43,524 nucleotides of DNA, taken from IMG/VR virus record IMGVR_UViG_2531839666_000032, one strand, 5' to 3'. Below the pieces are notes generated by a model. The model did no database searches, was not told where the DNA came from, and was given only the letters and a program-made list of their open reading frames with translations. The position numbers and the translations under genes were made by a program. Below are positions 14,353 to 28,677 of this stretch, piece after piece; within the stretch, counting starts at the first letter, position 1, and each line of letters opens with the position of its first letter. The DNA is from a virus. Its lineage: Duplodnaviria > Heunggongvirae > Uroviricota > Caudoviricetes.

Positions 14353-14748
14353 TCACATTTCATAGGTAATGACATACGTCAGATCGGCTGAACTCCACAG
14401 GCCCGCATCATCGTCGCGCCGGTAGTCATAGCCACTGGCCACCATACTGGTGATCAAATCTGACAGTGCCGGGATATCGCTCATCACCGGATAAATCCGG
14501 GACTCCATCCACGAATCCAGCTCTGAATCCGGCACCTGAGCAGGCAGGAAAACTTCAATATGCAGCTCCGCCTGCCAGGTATCGCTGTCCAGCTCTTCGC
14601 CCGTGTATTCAGCGCCGGTGAGATAAACGGCAATTGCCGGAAAATCCGCCTCATCAAAAACAGCGGGGCGACCATCAAAAAGCGTCGCCCCGGTGTCATG
14701 CTTCTCCAGTGCATCCAGTACGGCTGCTCGGAGTTCAGTATGTTTCAT
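14353..14748 (-). CDS. U: Tail terminator protein U
   Basis: 131 aa, [51 protein letters not shown]. Confidence 0.9.
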   Translation of the reverse strand: MKHTELRAAVLDALEKHDTGATLFDGRPAVFDEADFPAIAVYLTGAEYTGEELDSDTWQAELHIEVFLPAQVPDSELDSWMESRIYPVMSDIPALSDLITSMVASGYDYRRDDDAGLWSSADLTYVITYEM

Positions 14749-15323
14749 CGCTTTATTACCATTCTCAGTTGATGCTGCAGCGCATAGCCCAGCTCTTTCG
14801 GAAGACGCTCACGCCGTATCCGCTCAATATTCTGTTTAAACGCCGTGGTCAGCGGCACCGCCATCGGGATTTTCACCACATCAATGGGGTAACGGTTTTT
14901 CCCGGCCACACGCTGCATGACATGCCACCGGCCATTTTTCAGTTGCTGAATAAACGCGCCGGGAATACGACGGTTTCCCACCACAAGCACGCTGCCGCCA
15001 CCTTTCAGGGCTGAACGCTGCCCCTTTTTACGACGCCTGCGTCGGGACAGGACAATCCGCGCGTTACCCAGCTTTATTACGGGCAAATCCCCCCGGTTAA
15101 CCTTGATTCTGGCCTGCGGGTTTTTGACCGTGGCCCTTTTCAGCCTGGCCCTTTCCTTTACCAGTTTCCGGCGTACCTTTGTCTCACGGGCAACCTGTGA
15201 CGCCGACAGCGATATCGCGGATGAAGCAACGCGGTTAATGGCCATTGCGGCGGCACCAGGCACCGCCGTTCTGCTGATACGGCTGAGGTTTTCAACGGCC
15301 TGCTCAAGACCTTTTATGGCCAT
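14745..15323 (-). CDS. Z: Tail completion protein Z
   Basis: 192 aa, MAIKGLEQAVENLSRISRTAVPGAAAMAINRVASS. Confidence 0.9.
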   Translation of the reverse strand: MAIKGLEQAVENLSRISRTAVPGAAAMAINRVASSAISLSASQVARETKVRRKLVKERARLKRATVKNPQARIKVNRGDLPVIKLGNARIVLSRRRRRKKGQRSALKGGGSVLVVGNRRIPGAFIQQLKNGRWHVMQRVAGKNRYPIDVVKIPMAVPLTTAFKQNIERIRRERLPKELGYALQHQLRMVIKR

Positions 15324-15334
15324 ACATCCCCCTT

Positions 15335-15688
15335 TCAGCGGCGACGGTTAACGGCAGGCGGTACGCCCCGCCCAAGCCAGAGATGACAGCTTCCACCATC
15401 ATCCGGCGAAACCCGGTCTATCCAGAAGTTTTCCTCACCGATGGTCAGCGTGTCTCCACGCCGCAGTTGCCGCACATCATCAGTCCGGACAAACAGGGAC
15501 GGGCTGGAGCCTTCAACGCGCACGCCCTGTCCGGCATAGCTGATATTTTCAGGGTCATCAAAAACACCACGTATTACTGCGCCGGACTGCTCACCGGATG
15601 TCATGGTGGCTGACGTTCCCATGTACCCGCGTATCGTTTCATCGGCGCGGGCAATGGCAGCATCGAACAGGTTATCGAAATCAGCCAC
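15335..15688 (-). CDS. FII: Head-tail connector protein FII
   Basis: 117 aa, MADFDNLFDAAIARADETIRGYMGTSA. Confidence 0.9.
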   Translation of the reverse strand: MADFDNLFDAAIARADETIRGYMGTSATMTSGEQSGAVIRGVFDDPENISYAGQGVRVEGSSPSLFVRTDDVRQLRRGDTLTIGEENFWIDRVSPDDGGSCHLWLGRGVPPAVNRRR

Positions 15689-15699
15689 AGCGCCTCCCG

Positions 15700-16098
15700 T
15701 TATTGCATTCTGGCCAGGCCGCGCTCTGTCATTTCAACTGCCACACCGGCAGAGACACGGAACTCCGTTCCCGGCAGCACAAAATCCACAGGCTCATCCC
15801 GTGTGGCGTGAAGTGCATCGGTATGCAGCGTCACCAGTGCCACGACCGTGACCAGATCAGCCGTATCCTGAATTACGGTATCCGGCGGCTCTGATACCAC
15901 CTCATTTTCATGCCCGGTCAGCGCATTTTCCGGGCTGACAGGCGTGTCCTGGCCGGAAGTGTCATCCGAGTCATCAAGCTCCTCTTCCAGCTCTGCCACA
16001 CGGAGCGCCAGTTCTTCCTTCGTCCCCGTCAGGCTGACATCACGGTTCAGTTGCTCACCCAGCACCTTAAGACGGGCAATCAGTTCATCTTTCGTCAT
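15700..16098 (-). CDS. FI: DNA packaging protein FI
   Basis: 132 aa from MTKDELIARLKVLGEQLNRDVSLTGTKEELALRVAELEEELDD. Confidence 0.85.
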   Translation of the reverse strand: MTKDELIARLKVLGEQLNRDVSLTGTKEELALRVAELEEELDDSDDTSGQDTPVSPENALTGHENEVVSEPPDTVIQDTADLVTVVALVTLHTDALHATRDEPVDFVLPGTEFRVSAGVAVEMTERGLARMQ

Positions 16099-16137
16099 GG
16101 ACTCCTCCACAGAGAAAATGGCCCCGAAGGGCCATGA

Positions 16138-17163
16138 TTACGCCAGTTGTACGGACACGAACGCATCAGGGTCAGCCAGCAGCATCAGCGGTGCAGACTG
16201 AATCATGGTGAACTCACGCGCCGGATCGCCGGTGGTCACCCAGTTTTTCGGGTAGCGGGCAGAGGCGTTAATGCCTTCGCGCTGTGCGTCCGCATCCTGA
16301 ATGCAGCCATAGGTGCGCAGACCGCGTGCCTGAGTGTTCCCCAGCACCATCGTGTTGTCCGGCAGGAAGTTCTTTTTGACGTCTTTTTCCACGTACTGTC
16401 CGGAATACACGACGATCGCCGTATCGCCATACATCCCCTTATAGGACACCGCTTCGCCCAGGTCTTTTACCGCTGTCTCCAGCTCGGAATTAGAGCCGCG
16501 ACGGGTATCCAGCTTCTCCTTGACGGCTTTGAAGGAACGGAACAGCGCCCAGCCTTTCGGATCAAACACGATGATATTCACCACACCGCTGGCGTTCAGC
16601 GCGTAGGCTTCGATATCGTCGGTCGGGTCATACGTGGACTTGTCACGCTTGCTCCACTCCGTGCCGCCGGACTGTGTGATGTTATTCGCCGCACTGCGGC
16701 CCATATCCACCTCAACCGGCTCGAAGGCTTCACCGGTCATGGTGTATTTGCCCTTGAGCACGGCAGAAACGGCCTGCATCTCTTCGACCTGAGCAATGGC
16801 CAGCTCTTCGTCTCGCATGTTCTGCATGATGATGCGACGGCGGCGGTAAGCCGGGTCCGCCAGATTCTGTGGATCTTCATCCGGCAGGCGACGCAGGGTC
16901 ATCTGCGGATTCACCTCATGCTTCGGCTTGACATATCCCGGCGTAAACTCAGAGGTGGAGCCGCCACGGGAGCGGATAACCTCACCGGAAACAATCGGCG
17001 AAACGTACAGCGCCATGTTTACCAGTCCCGGAATTTGTGAGAGATAGACTTTCTCCGTGGTGAAGGGATAGCTCTCACGGAAAAAGAGACGCAGAAACAG
17101 CGGATCAAACTTAAATTTCTGCTCATTTGCCGCCAGCAGCTGGGCGGTTGTGTACATCGACAT
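16138..17163 (-). CDS. E: Major capsid protein E
   Basis: 341 aa from MSMYTTAQLLAANEQKFKFDPLFLRLFFRESYPFTTEKVYLSQIPGLVNMALYVSP. Confidence 0.95.
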   Translation of the reverse strand: MSMYTTAQLLAANEQKFKFDPLFLRLFFRESYPFTTEKVYLSQIPGLVNMALYVSPIVSGEVIRSRGGSTSEFTPGYVKPKHEVNPQMTLRRLPDEDPQNLADPAYRRRRIIMQNMRDEELAIAQVEEMQAVSAVLKGKYTMTGEAFEPVEVDMGRSAANNITQSGGTEWSKRDKSTYDPTDDIEAYALNASGVVNIIVFDPKGWALFRSFKAVKEKLDTRRGSNSELETAVKDLGEAVSYKGMYGDTAIVVYSGQYVEKDVKKNFLPDNTMVLGNTQARGLRTYGCIQDADAQREGINASARYPKNWVTTGDPAREFTMIQSAPLMLLADPDAFVSVQLA

Positions 17164-17218
17164 AAAAAAATCCCGTAAAAAAAGCCGCACAGGCGGCCTT
17201 TAGTGATGAAGGGTAAAG

Positions 17219-17551
17219 TTAAACGATGCTGATTGCCGTTCCGGCAAACGCGGTCCGTTTTTTCGTCTCGTCGCTGGCAGCCTCCGGCCAGAGCACATCC
17301 TCATAACGGAACGTGCCGGACTTGTAGAACGTCAGCGTGGTGCTGGTCTGGTCAGCAGCAACCGCAAGAATGCCAACGGCAGCACCGTCGGTGGTGCCAT
17401 CCCACGCAACCAGCTTACGGGTGGAGGTATCCAGCATCAGCGGGGTCATTGCAGGCGCTTTCGCACTCAATCCGCCGGGCGCGGTTGCCGTATGTGCCGG
17501 GTCACTGTTGCCCAGCGGCTGGTAATGGGTAAAGGTTTCTTTGCTCGTCAT
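17219..17551 (-). CDS. D: Head decoration protein D
   Basis: 110 aa from [12 protein letters not shown]; C-terminus [14 protein letters not shown]. Confidence 0.9.
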   Translation of the reverse strand: MTSKETFTHYQPLGNSDPAHTATAPGGLSAKAPAMTPLMLDTSTRKLVAWDGTTDGAAVGILAVAADQTSTTLTFYKSGTFRYEDVLWPEAASDETKKRTAFAGTAISIV

Positions 17552-17560
17552 AAACATCCC

Positions 17561-18166
17561 TTACACTGGTGTGTTCAGCAAATCGTTAACGGCATCAGAT
17601 GCCGGGTTACCTGCAGCCAGCGGTGCCGGTGCCCCCTGCATCAGACGATCCAGCGCAGTGTCACTGCGCGCCTGTGCACTCTGTGGTGCAGCTGCCAGAA
17701 TGCGGCGGGCCGTTTCCACGGTCATACCGGGGGTTTCGGCCAGCACGCGTGCCTGTTCTTCACGTCCGTGAGCCTCCTCACAGTTGAGGATCCCCATAAT
17801 GCGACTGTTTTCTGCCGCAACCGCTGCGGTGATCTGCGCGTTTACGTCCGGCTGCGCCGCGCTGGCGTTCTCGCCCTCCGTCGCTTGCACCACGCCAGTA
17901 ACGTCAGCCTGCGAAGCAGTGGCTGAAACAGTTGTTGATTGAGTCTCTTTGGTCATTCGCCCTCCTGAGAGACGGGATTTACGTGCATCCAGTGCATCAC
18001 GCATGACGGTGATCGCATCGGTACTGTTAACAAGTTCATCAGCCAGTCCGGCATCAATGGCCTCCTGACCGCTGTACACTGCAGCCTCGGTATCCAGCAC
18101 AGCCTGCACAGACAGGCCGGTATATGCCGACACCTTCTGTGCAAACATCCGGCGGGTTGCATCCAT
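17561..18166 (-). CDS. Nu3: Scaffolding protein Nu3, nested in-frame in the 3' third of C
   Basis: In-frame internal start MDATRRMFAQKVSAYTGLSVQ giving 201 aa, as in lambda. Confidence 0.7.
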   Translation of the reverse strand: MDATRRMFAQKVSAYTGLSVQAVLDTEAAVYSGQEAIDAGLADELVNSTDAITVMRDALDARKSRLSGGRMTKETQSTTVSATASQADVTGVVQATEGENASAAQPDVNAQITAAVAAENSRIMGILNCEEAHGREEQARVLAETPGMTVETARRILAAAPQSAQARSDTALDRLMQGAPAPLAAGNPASDAVNDLLNTPV

Positions 18167-18860
18167 CCGGGACTGCAGTGTTTCCCGGACATCATCCGGT
18201 AGATGGCTGTAGGGGTTGCCATCCACCTTATGGCTGCCGCTGTAAATCAGCGTGATTTCCACGCCCTGTTTCTCCAGCGCAGCGCCGTAATTACTGTGAG
18301 CCATCATGACGCCGATGGAGCCTGTCCGGGCGGTCTGCGTGACCAGACGCCGGGAGGCGGCACTGGCAAGCAGCTGACCTGCGCTGCAGTTCATGTCATT
18401 GGCCAGCGCCCATACCGGCTTTATGTCACGCACACGGGCGATGATGTCAGCGCAGTCAAATGCCCCCGCCACCATTCCGCCTGGCGTATCCATATCGAGC
18501 AGAATGCCGTCCACCATCGGGTCACTGGCAGCCTGTTGCAGACGGGCGATAATGCCGTTGTAACCGGTCATTCCCGAATACGGCTGCAGCGCCCGCGTCC
18601 GACTGACCAGCGTACCGGACACCGGCAGCACGGCGATGCCGTTCATGACCTGATAACTGCGGGCCTGTCGTGGTCCGTCATCATCACCGGATAACGCCAG
18701 CGCCGCGGGTGCCTCTCCGGCAGTCAGGCTGTCGCCGGATACTGCATCCGTCAGGCGGCTGATCCCAAGCTGGCCTGCAAGCGCACAAAAGAAAACCCGC
18801 GCATAGGCGGGTTCAAGCATCAGCGGCTCATTAAAAGCCATGCTGGCAATATGCGGGAGA

Positions 18861-18880
<20 letters not shown>
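17561..18880 (-). CDS. C: Capsid assembly protease C (S49 / ClpP-like), GTG start
   Basis: 439 aa from (GTG)TAELRNLPHIASMAFNEPLMLEPAYARVFFCALAGQLG; GGAGGAG Shine-Dalgarno upstream. Confidence 0.9.
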
Positions 18881-22561
<3,681 letters not shown>

Positions 22562-22587
<26 letters not shown>

Positions 22588-23107
22588 TCAGCAACCCCGG
22601 TATCAGTTCATCCAGCGCGGCTGCTTTGTTCATGGCTTTGATGATATCCCGTTTCAGGAAATCAACATGTCGGTTTTCCAGTTCCGGAAAACGCCGCTGC
22701 ACCGACAGGGGGATCCCGTCGAGAATACTGGCAATTTCACCTGCGATCCGCGACAGCACGAAAGTACAGAATGCGGTTTCCACCACTTCAGCGGAGTCTC
22801 TGGCATTTTTCAGCTCCTGTGCGTCGGCCTGCGCACGCGTAAGTCGATGGCGTTCGTACTCAATAGTCCCTGGCTGGAGATCTGTCTCGCTAGCCTGCCG
22901 CAGTTCTTCAACTTCCCGGCGTAGCTTTTCGTTCTCAATTTCAGCATCCCTTTCGGCATACCATTTTATGACGGCGGCAGAGTCATAAAGCACCTCATTA
23001 CCCTTGCCACCGCCTCGCAGAACGGGCATTCCCTGTTCCTGCCAGTTCTGAATGGTACGGATACTCGCACCGAAAATGTCAGCCAGCTGCTTTTTGTTGA
23101 CTTCCAT
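22562..23107 (-). CDS. Nu1: Terminase small subunit Nu1
   Basis: 181 aa, MEVNKKQLADIFGASIRTIQNWQEQGMPVLRGGGKGNEVLYDSAAVIKWYAERDAEIENEKLRREVEELRQASE. Confidence 0.95.
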
Positions 23108-23330
23108 TGTTCATTCCACGGACAAAAACAGAGAAAGGAAACGACAGAGGCCAAAAAGCTCGCTTTCAGCACCTGTCGTTTCCTTTCTTTTCAGAGGGTA
23201 TTTTAAATAAAAACATTAAGTTATGACGAAGAAGAACGGAAACGCCTTAAACCGGAAAATTTTCATAAATAGCGAAAACCCGCGAGGTCGCCGCCCCGTA
23301 ACCTGTCGGATCGCCGGAAAGGACCCGCAA
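23108..23330. other. cos: cos packaging site: cosB between Nu1 and cosN, the 12-nt cohesive end at 23285-23296, cosQ side beyond
   Basis: Plus-strand AGGTCGCCGCCC at 23285-23296 is the reverse complement of the lambda cohesive end GGGCGGCGACCT; flanking sequence matches the lambda left end as recalled. Confidence 0.85.
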
Positions 23331-23495
23331 AATGATAATAATTATCATCTACATGTCACAACGTGCATCTACGCCATCAAACCACGTCAAATAATCAATT
23401 ATGACGCAGGTATCGTATTAATTGATCTGCATCAACTTAACGTAAAAACAACTTCAGACAATACAAATCAGCGACACTGAATACGGGGCAACCTC

Positions 23496-23690
23496 ATGTC
23501 AACGAAGAACAGAACCCGCAGAACAACAACCCGCAACATCCACTTTCCTAACCAAATGATTGAACAAATTAACATCGCTCTTGAGCAAAAAGGGTCTGGG
23601 AATTTCTCAGCCTGGGTCATTGAAGCCTGCCGTCGGAGACTAACGTCAGAAAAGAGAGCATATACATCAATCCAAAGTGATGATGGATGA
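23496..23690 (+). CDS. Small conserved protein of the lambda right end (lambdap79-like), function unknown
   Basis: 64-aa ORF MSTKNRTRRTTTRNIHFPNQMIEQINIALEQKGSGNFSAWVIEACRRRL in the same position relative to cos as in lambda. Confidence 0.5.
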   Translation: MSTKNRTRRTTTRNIHFPNQMIEQINIALEQKGSGNFSAWVIEACRRRLTSEKRAYTSIQSDDG

Positions 23691-24049
23691 ACATCCCGGT
23701 TTCTTCCACCATCGCACCGGAAAAGCGACTATGAGGGTAACCCTGCGTCTGTCAGCACAGTAAAACCCGGTGTGCATCGTTTTTGATTATTCCCGCACAC
23801 TCACGCAGAAGGAATTCCCCGTCGGGCTACGGTCATGGTTAATGCGGGAATACGGCGACGATACAGCGCAGCTAAAAGGGTAATGGACAGATAGAGCGGT
23901 TTATTTCATTCCACAGGATTCTGAGTGCCCCCCTCCTCCAATAGGCTGAGCATCCACCTATATAGTTTTAATTTTCATCAATCCATTTAACTATCGTTTA
24001 ATTGTTGTCACATAGGATTCTGCCGTTTTTAACAATGCAGGATAATAAG

Positions 24050-24343
24050 ATGAAAAAAATGTTGTTTTCTGCCGCTCTGGCAATGCTTATTACAGGATGT
24101 GCTCAACAGACGTTTACTGTTGGAAACAAACCGACAGCAGTAACACCAAAGGAAACCATCACCCATCATTTCTTCGTTTCGGGAATTGGACAGGAGAAAA
24201 CTGTTGATGCAGCCAAAATTTGTGGCGGCGCAGAAAATGTTGTTAAAACAGAAACCCAGCAAACATTCGTAAATGGATTTCTCGGTTTTATTACTTTAGG
24301 CATTTATACTCCGCTGGAAGCGCGTGTGTATTGCTCACAATAA
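24050..24343 (+). CDS. bor: Bor lipoprotein (serum-resistance type)
   Basis: 97 aa from MKKMLFSAALAMLITGCAQQTFTV with lipobox LITGC; AGGA Shine-Dalgarno upstream; opposite strand to the late genes as in lambda. Confidence 0.9.
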   Translation: MKKMLFSAALAMLITGCAQQTFTVGNKPTAVTPKETITHHFFVSGIGQEKTVDAAKICGGAENVVKTETQQTFVNGFLGFITLGIYTPLEARVYCSQ

Positions 24344-24348
24344 TTGCA

Positions 24349-24364
24349 TGAGTTGCCCATCGAT
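24349..24364. terminator. Palindromic hairpin GCCCAT-CGAT-ATGGGC between the convergent bor and Rz genes
   Basis: 6-bp stem, 4-nt loop read directly; no clear U-tract, so terminator function is uncertain. Confidence 0.3.
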
Positions 24365-24374
24365 ATGGGCAGCT

Positions 24375-24836
24375 CTATCTGCACTGCTCATTAATATACT
24401 TCTGGGTTCCTTCCAGTTGTTTTTGCATAGTGATCAGCCTCTCTCTGAGGGTGAAATAATCCCGTTCAGCGGTGTCTGCCAGTCGGGGGGAGGCTGCATT
24501 ATCCACGCCGGAGGCGGTGGTGGCTTCACGCACTGACTGACAGACTGCTTTGATGTGCAACCGACGACGACCAGCGGCAACATCATCACGCAGAGCATCA
24601 TTTTCAGCTTTCGCATCAGCTAACTCCTTCGTGTATTTTGCATCGAGCGCAGCAACATCACGCTGACGCATCTGCATGTCAGTAATTGCCGCGTTCGCCA
24701 GCTTCAGTTCTCTGGCATTTTTGTCGCGCTGGGCTTTGTAGGTAATGGCGTTATCACGGTAATGATTAACAGCCCATGACAGGCAGACGATGATGCAGAT
24801 AACCAGAGCGGAGATAATCGCGGTTACTCTGTTCAT
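24375..24836 (-). CDS. Rz: Spanin inner-membrane subunit Rz
   Basis: 153 aa from [51 protein letters not shown]; start overlaps the R stop. Confidence 0.9.
   Translation of the reverse strand: MNRVTAIISALVICIIVCLSWAVNHYRDNAITYKAQRDKNARELKLANAAITDMQMRQRDVAALDAKYTKELADAKAENDALRDDVAAGRRRLHIKAVCQSVREATTASGVDNAASPRLADTAERDYFTLRERLITMQKQLEGTQKYINEQCR
24434..24616 (-). CDS. Rz1: Spanin outer-membrane lipoprotein Rz1, embedded in the +1 frame of Rz
   Basis: 60 aa [60 protein letters not shown]; lipobox VVGC, proline-rich. Confidence 0.85.
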   Translation of the reverse strand: MRKLKMMLCVMMLPLVVVGCTSKQSVSQCVKPPPPPAWIMQPPPDWQTPLNGIISPSERG

Positions 24837-25330
24837 TGCTGACCCCACAAACAGATTTCACGCTCAATCTCACGACGAGTCATGAGACCTTTCCATTGCT
24901 TACCGCCAGCATATGTCCAGCGACGTAGCTGATCACATGCGCCTTTGATATCGCCCTGGTTTATTTTGCGAAGAAGCGTCGATGTTCTGAAATTGCCAGC
25001 ACCCACGTTGTAAACGAATGAGTAAAGAGCGCCGCGCATTGTTTCCGGTATATCGACTTTGATGTACGGGTTAATTTGTCTGGCGACCGTGGCAAGGTCT
25101 TTATTCAGGAGGGCTTTGCATTCTGCTTTGGTATACGTTTTACCGAGCATGATGTCTTTTCCTGTATGCCCGTGACATACAGTCCATACACCAACAATAT
25201 CTTTGTATGGTATGTAGCTGACACCTTCCAGACCATCGTTACCACTTGGGCCAGTGATTAACACTGATGCTATAGCAATTGCTCCGCCACCAATAGCAGC
25301 AGCAACGGCTTTTCGTAATGATGGAGGCAT
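24833..25330 (-). CDS. R: SAR (signal-anchor-release) endolysin, T4-lysozyme fold, phage 21 R type
   Basis: 165 aa with N-terminal Gly/Ala-rich weak TM segment [21 protein letters not shown]; not the lambda transglycosylase. Confidence 0.85.
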   Translation of the reverse strand: MPPSLRKAVAAAIGGGAIAIASVLITGPSGNDGLEGVSYIPYKDIVGVWTVCHGHTGKDIMLGKTYTKAECKALLNKDLATVARQINPYIKVDIPETMRGALYSFVYNVGAGNFRTSTLLRKINQGDIKGACDQLRRWTYAGGKQWKGLMTRREIEREICLWGQQ

Positions 25331-25545
25331 TATTCACCTCTCGCAGCCTTGCGCTTATCTTCTTTAATCTTGAAATAAAGGTTTGTCAGGTACGTCAGCA
25401 GGCCAAATACCAGGCTACCCAGCACACCTATTGCTGCCCACTGTGAGGGCGTGACTTTATCGAGCAGCTGTAAAAACCAGTAACCGGCACTACCTGCTGA
25501 GGTGCCATAGGCGACACCCGTTGTTAACTTATCCATGGATTTCAT
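25330..25545 (-). CDS. S: Pinholin, phage 21 S type, with dual-start MKSM motif
   Basis: 71 aa from [71 protein letters not shown]; GAGGTGGGG Shine-Dalgarno; TAATG stop/start overlap with R. Confidence 0.85.
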
Positions 25546-26133
25546 AACCCCACCTCGCAGACAAAGCGGGTGTAAATTGAGGGAATACAACGTATCGCAA
25601 AAAAGCAGAAACGTAACAGACTCGGAGTCAGTGAATAACTCAGGTATTGAGTTATCAGCTAATATCGAGACTCAAAAAATGGAAAAACCAGCTCGACGGC
25701 GGGTTTAAGCTGTGTGACGAAGTAACCACTCTTAACAGCATAACCAATTTTTTACGTACGTAAACCACTGAATGATATTTATGAGAATGCTACCGAGTGT
25801 TCAAAACACCACCACAAATACATAAGAAAACCTCAACAAATAACCAATAAATAATTTCCGGCGTTATTTTTAGTTAATTTAAATTAAACCACCGAATTAT
25901 ACCCCCCCCATAAATAACAGCCATTAATATAAATTAGCTAATAGGTTTATTTTTGTTCAAATAAGAGCCATAAATAGGTTTCGATAGAAAAAGTTCAGAT
26001 AAAAATAGAGATCTACTTCACAAATTAAATGAGAAACTAAAACTTACATCTTGAAATAATCACATTGATTAGATGAATATTTATCGCGCAGTGACATCAT
26101 TTTTTAATAATAGTTCAAAAAAAAGGGCTCACG

Positions 26134-27231
26134 ATGAAAAAATTAACAGTGGCAATTTCTGCTGTAGCTGCATCAGTACTGATGGCGATGTCTGCTCAGG
26201 CAGCTGAAATTTATAATAAAGACAGTAACAAGCTGGATCTGTACGGAAAAGTTAATGCCAAGCACTACTTTTCCTCTAACGATGCAGATGATGGTGATAC
26301 TACTTATGTTCGTCTGGGCTTCAAAGGCGAAACCCAAATCAACGATCAGCTGACTGGTTTCGGTCAGTGGGAATATGAATTCAAAGGCAACCGCGCTGAA
26401 TCTCAAGGTTCCTCCAAAGACAAAACCCGTCTTGCATTTGCAGGCCTGAAATTCGGTGACTACGGCTCAATCGATTACGGCCGTAACTACGGTGTAGCAT
26501 ACGACATCGGTGCGTGGACTGACGTTCTGCCAGAATTCGGTGGCGATACCTGGACCCAAACAGATGTGTTCATGACTGGTCGCACCACTGGTGTTGCAAC
26601 CTATCGTAACAACGACTTCTTTGGTCTGGTTGATGGTCTGAACTTTGCTGCTCAGTACCAAGGCAAAAACGATCGTAGCGATTTCGATAACTACACCGAA
26701 GGTAACGGTGATGGCTTCGGTTTCTCTGCTACCTATGAATACGAAGGGTTCGGTATCGGTGCAACTTATGCGAAATCTGATCGTACCGACACTCAAGTTA
26801 ATGCAGGGAAAGTTCTTCCTGAAGTATTTGCTTCCGGTAAAAATGCAGAAGTTTGGGCCGCAGGTCTGAAATATGACGCTAACAACATTTACCTGGCCAC
26901 TACCTATTCTGAAACCCAGAATATGACTGTATTTGCTGATCACTTCGTTGCTAATAAAGCTCAAAACTTCGAAGCTGTTGCACAATATCAGTTCGATTTC
27001 GGTCTGCGTCCGTCCGTTGCTTACCTGCAATCTAAAGGTAAGGATCTTGGAGTATGGGGCGATCAGGACTTAGTCAAATATGTTGATGTAGGTGCAACCT
27101 ATTACTTCAACAAAAATATGTCTACTTTCGTTGATTACAAAATCAACCTGCTTGACAAAAATGACTTCACTAAAGCACTCGGTGTAAGCACTGATGACAT
27201 CGTTGCTGTAGGTCTGGTTTACCAGTTCTAA
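26134..27231 (+). CDS. nmpC: Phage-encoded OmpC/OmpF-type porin (NmpC / Lc type), apparently intact
   Basis: 365 aa, signal peptide [24 protein letters not shown]-terminal VGLVYQF; lies between Q and S on the strand opposite to the late operon, as nmpC does in DLP12. Confidence 0.9.
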   Translation: MKKLTVAISAVAASVLMAMSAQAAEIYNKDSNKLDLYGKVNAKHYFSSNDADDGDTTYVRLGFKGETQINDQLTGFGQWEYEFKGNRAESQGSSKDKTRLAFAGLKFGDYGSIDYGRNYGVAYDIGAWTDVLPEFGGDTWTQTDVFMTGRTTGVATYRNNDFFGLVDGLNFAAQYQGKNDRSDFDNYTEGNGDGFGFSATYEYEGFGIGATYAKSDRTDTQVNAGKVLPEVFASGKNAEVWAAGLKYDANNIYLATTYSETQNMTVFADHFVANKAQNFEAVAQYQFDFGLRPSVAYLQSKGKDLGVWGDQDLVKYVDVGATYYFNKNMSTFVDYKINLLDKNDFTKALGVSTDDIVAVGLVYQF

Positions 27232-27393
27232 TCTGATTACGAAAAAGATATGTTGCGGGAGGCTTTGCCTCCCCAACATATAAGTGGCTCCCTCAAGCCA
27301 CTTCCTTTAGGAGCACAACCTTGCTTCTAACTATATAAACCTTCTGTTATATATTACCCTTTATTTTTGGGGGCGTTGCAACGCCCCATTTTT
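27232..27393 (+). ncRNA. ipeX: Candidate IpeX-like sRNA from the nmpC 3' UTR
   Basis: Positional: about 160 nt directly after the nmpC stop, ending at a strong terminator; in DLP12 the IpeX sRNA derives from this location. Not verified by sequence comparison. Confidence 0.35.
27370..27393 (+). terminator. Rho-independent terminator closing nmpC / candidate IpeX
   Basis: GGGGCGTTGCAACGCCCC palindrome followed by TTTTT on the plus strand. Confidence 0.7.
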
Positions 27394-27420
27394 AATAATT
27401 TTTAGTAAACAATTGGCATA

Positions 27421-27804
27421 TTAATTAGAGTTATTAACAACGATATCCATCTCTAACCGGATATCTAATGCCATTAACATCCCTTCAATTATGCCCTCAG
27501 CCTTCTGTAACCTTTTCCCGATATAACCATCAGAGCAGCAATGCTTACCTGCCAGTGACATGAATGTCATACCGACTACATAATAATCTACTAATAAATC
27601 GTGCAAATCGCTGTTGTTCTTTTTCAGACGGGCCATGCACCCGCAAATGATCATCGCGTCATCGTCACAACATTGCGGGCGAGATTTTACTTTTGAAGGA
27701 ATTAATCCCTTAAAACCGGCGGCAATGGACGACCAGGTCACATCTTCATGATTATTAGCCGCCCACGCTCCCCAACGCTCAAGAACCATCTGAATATCAC
27801 GCAT
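27421..27804 (-). CDS. Q: Late-gene antiterminator Q of the phage 21/82 (QuuD) type
   Basis: 127 aa from [62 protein letters not shown]; immediately upstream of the late region. Confidence 0.85.
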   Translation of the reverse strand: MRDIQMVLERWGAWAANNHEDVTWSSIAAGFKGLIPSKVKSRPQCCDDDAMIICGCMARLKKNNSDLHDLLVDYYVVGMTFMSLAGKHCCSDGYIGKRLQKAEGIIEGMLMALDIRLEMDIVVNNSN

Positions 27805-27889
27805 CAACTTACTCCACAAAAATCAGACCAGAACGCCAATTACAAGCAAAAATCAACAAAACAGTATTAGTTGATTGTTATCTCTGACT

Positions 27890-28030
27890 TCATACTCCTG
27901 CTCCTGTCAGGGTTTTGGCGTAATTCTTCAGTATTCGGTAATCGGTCAAAACAGAACCGGGGAAACGATATAAGCGCAGACGCCCCCAGCGGTGGCGAAG
28001 AAGTTCTGCCATATTAAACTCAAACATCAT
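27890..28030 (-). CDS. ylcG: Small protein YlcG
   Basis: 46-aa [49 protein letters not shown] found by hand (below the ORF-track cutoff); ATGA overlap with the rusA stop. Confidence 0.6.
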   Translation of the reverse strand: MMFEFNMAELLRHRWGRLRLYRFPGSVLTDYRILKNYAKTLTGAGV

Positions 28031-28389
28031 TCATTCCCCATTTCGGTGATGGTCAGTTCCAGCCTCCCACCTTTGGTAACAGGCATCTTCACAACGCGGT
28101 AATCAACGACCTGAGCATCATCCAGCCAGAAACCTGCTTTAGTGAGTGCGTCAAAAGCGGCTTTTTGCAGATTATCCAGGTCACGGCGACGGCGATCCGG
28201 CATGTGGCACTCAATGCGGATTTTCACAGGCATAGCCAGGCCGATATCCAGCATTGCGTTTTTAATGATTCGGGCGACGTTATCGCGGTATGCCTGCCCC
28301 TCTGCGCTGACGTGCGTGCGCCCGCGATTATGGCGGTAATAGCGATTATTGCTCGGAGGCCAGGGTAATGTGATACTGTAGGTATTCAC
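28027..28389 (-). CDS. rusA: Holliday junction resolvase RusA
   Basis: 120 aa [120 protein letters not shown]. Confidence 0.95.
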   Translation of the reverse strand: MNTYSITLPWPPSNNRYYRHNRGRTHVSAEGQAYRDNVARIIKNAMLDIGLAMPVKIRIECHMPDRRRRDLDNLQKAAFDALTKAGFWLDDAQVVDYRVVKMPVTKGGRLELTITEMGNE

Positions 28390-28677
28390 GCCTTAATAAC
28401 CCCCTCTTTCAGCCAGATAACCTGTGTTCTCGCCATACCTTCCAGCGCGCATTCTTTTGCATATGCAGCATCGACAAAATGTGTGCGGCGGTCGATTTCG
28501 TCGTGGCAGGCAGAACATGCAATGGTGGCAATCAGGTCTGGCGGTTTGATACCGGTACCGCACAATCCAGCCAGCCGGATATGTGCCAGTACAGACGTTT
28601 CAGAATTGCCATTACATACGCCAGGGATTCTTACCTGGCATTCCCGACCACGCGCTGCTTTTCTCAAATCAGCCATG
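28386..28677 (-). CDS. ybcO: YbcO-like Cys-rich protein (DUF1364, putative nuclease)
   Basis: 96 aa from [64 protein letters not shown]; translationally coupled to ninE and rusA. Confidence 0.8.

Noticed and set aside
16147-17040. 297-aa plus-strand ORF
   Set aside because: Antisense to the major capsid gene E.
23223-23480. 85-aa plus-strand ORF
   Set aside because: Spans the cosN cleavage site and cosB, so it would be interrupted in virion DNA; no ribosome-binding site; region is the known non-coding cos.
24833-25330. Considered whether R is the lambda-type lytic transglycosylase
   Set aside because: The sequence has an N-terminal SAR segment and lysozyme-like body matching the phage 21 endolysin as recalled, not the lambda R N-terminus MVEINNQRKAF.
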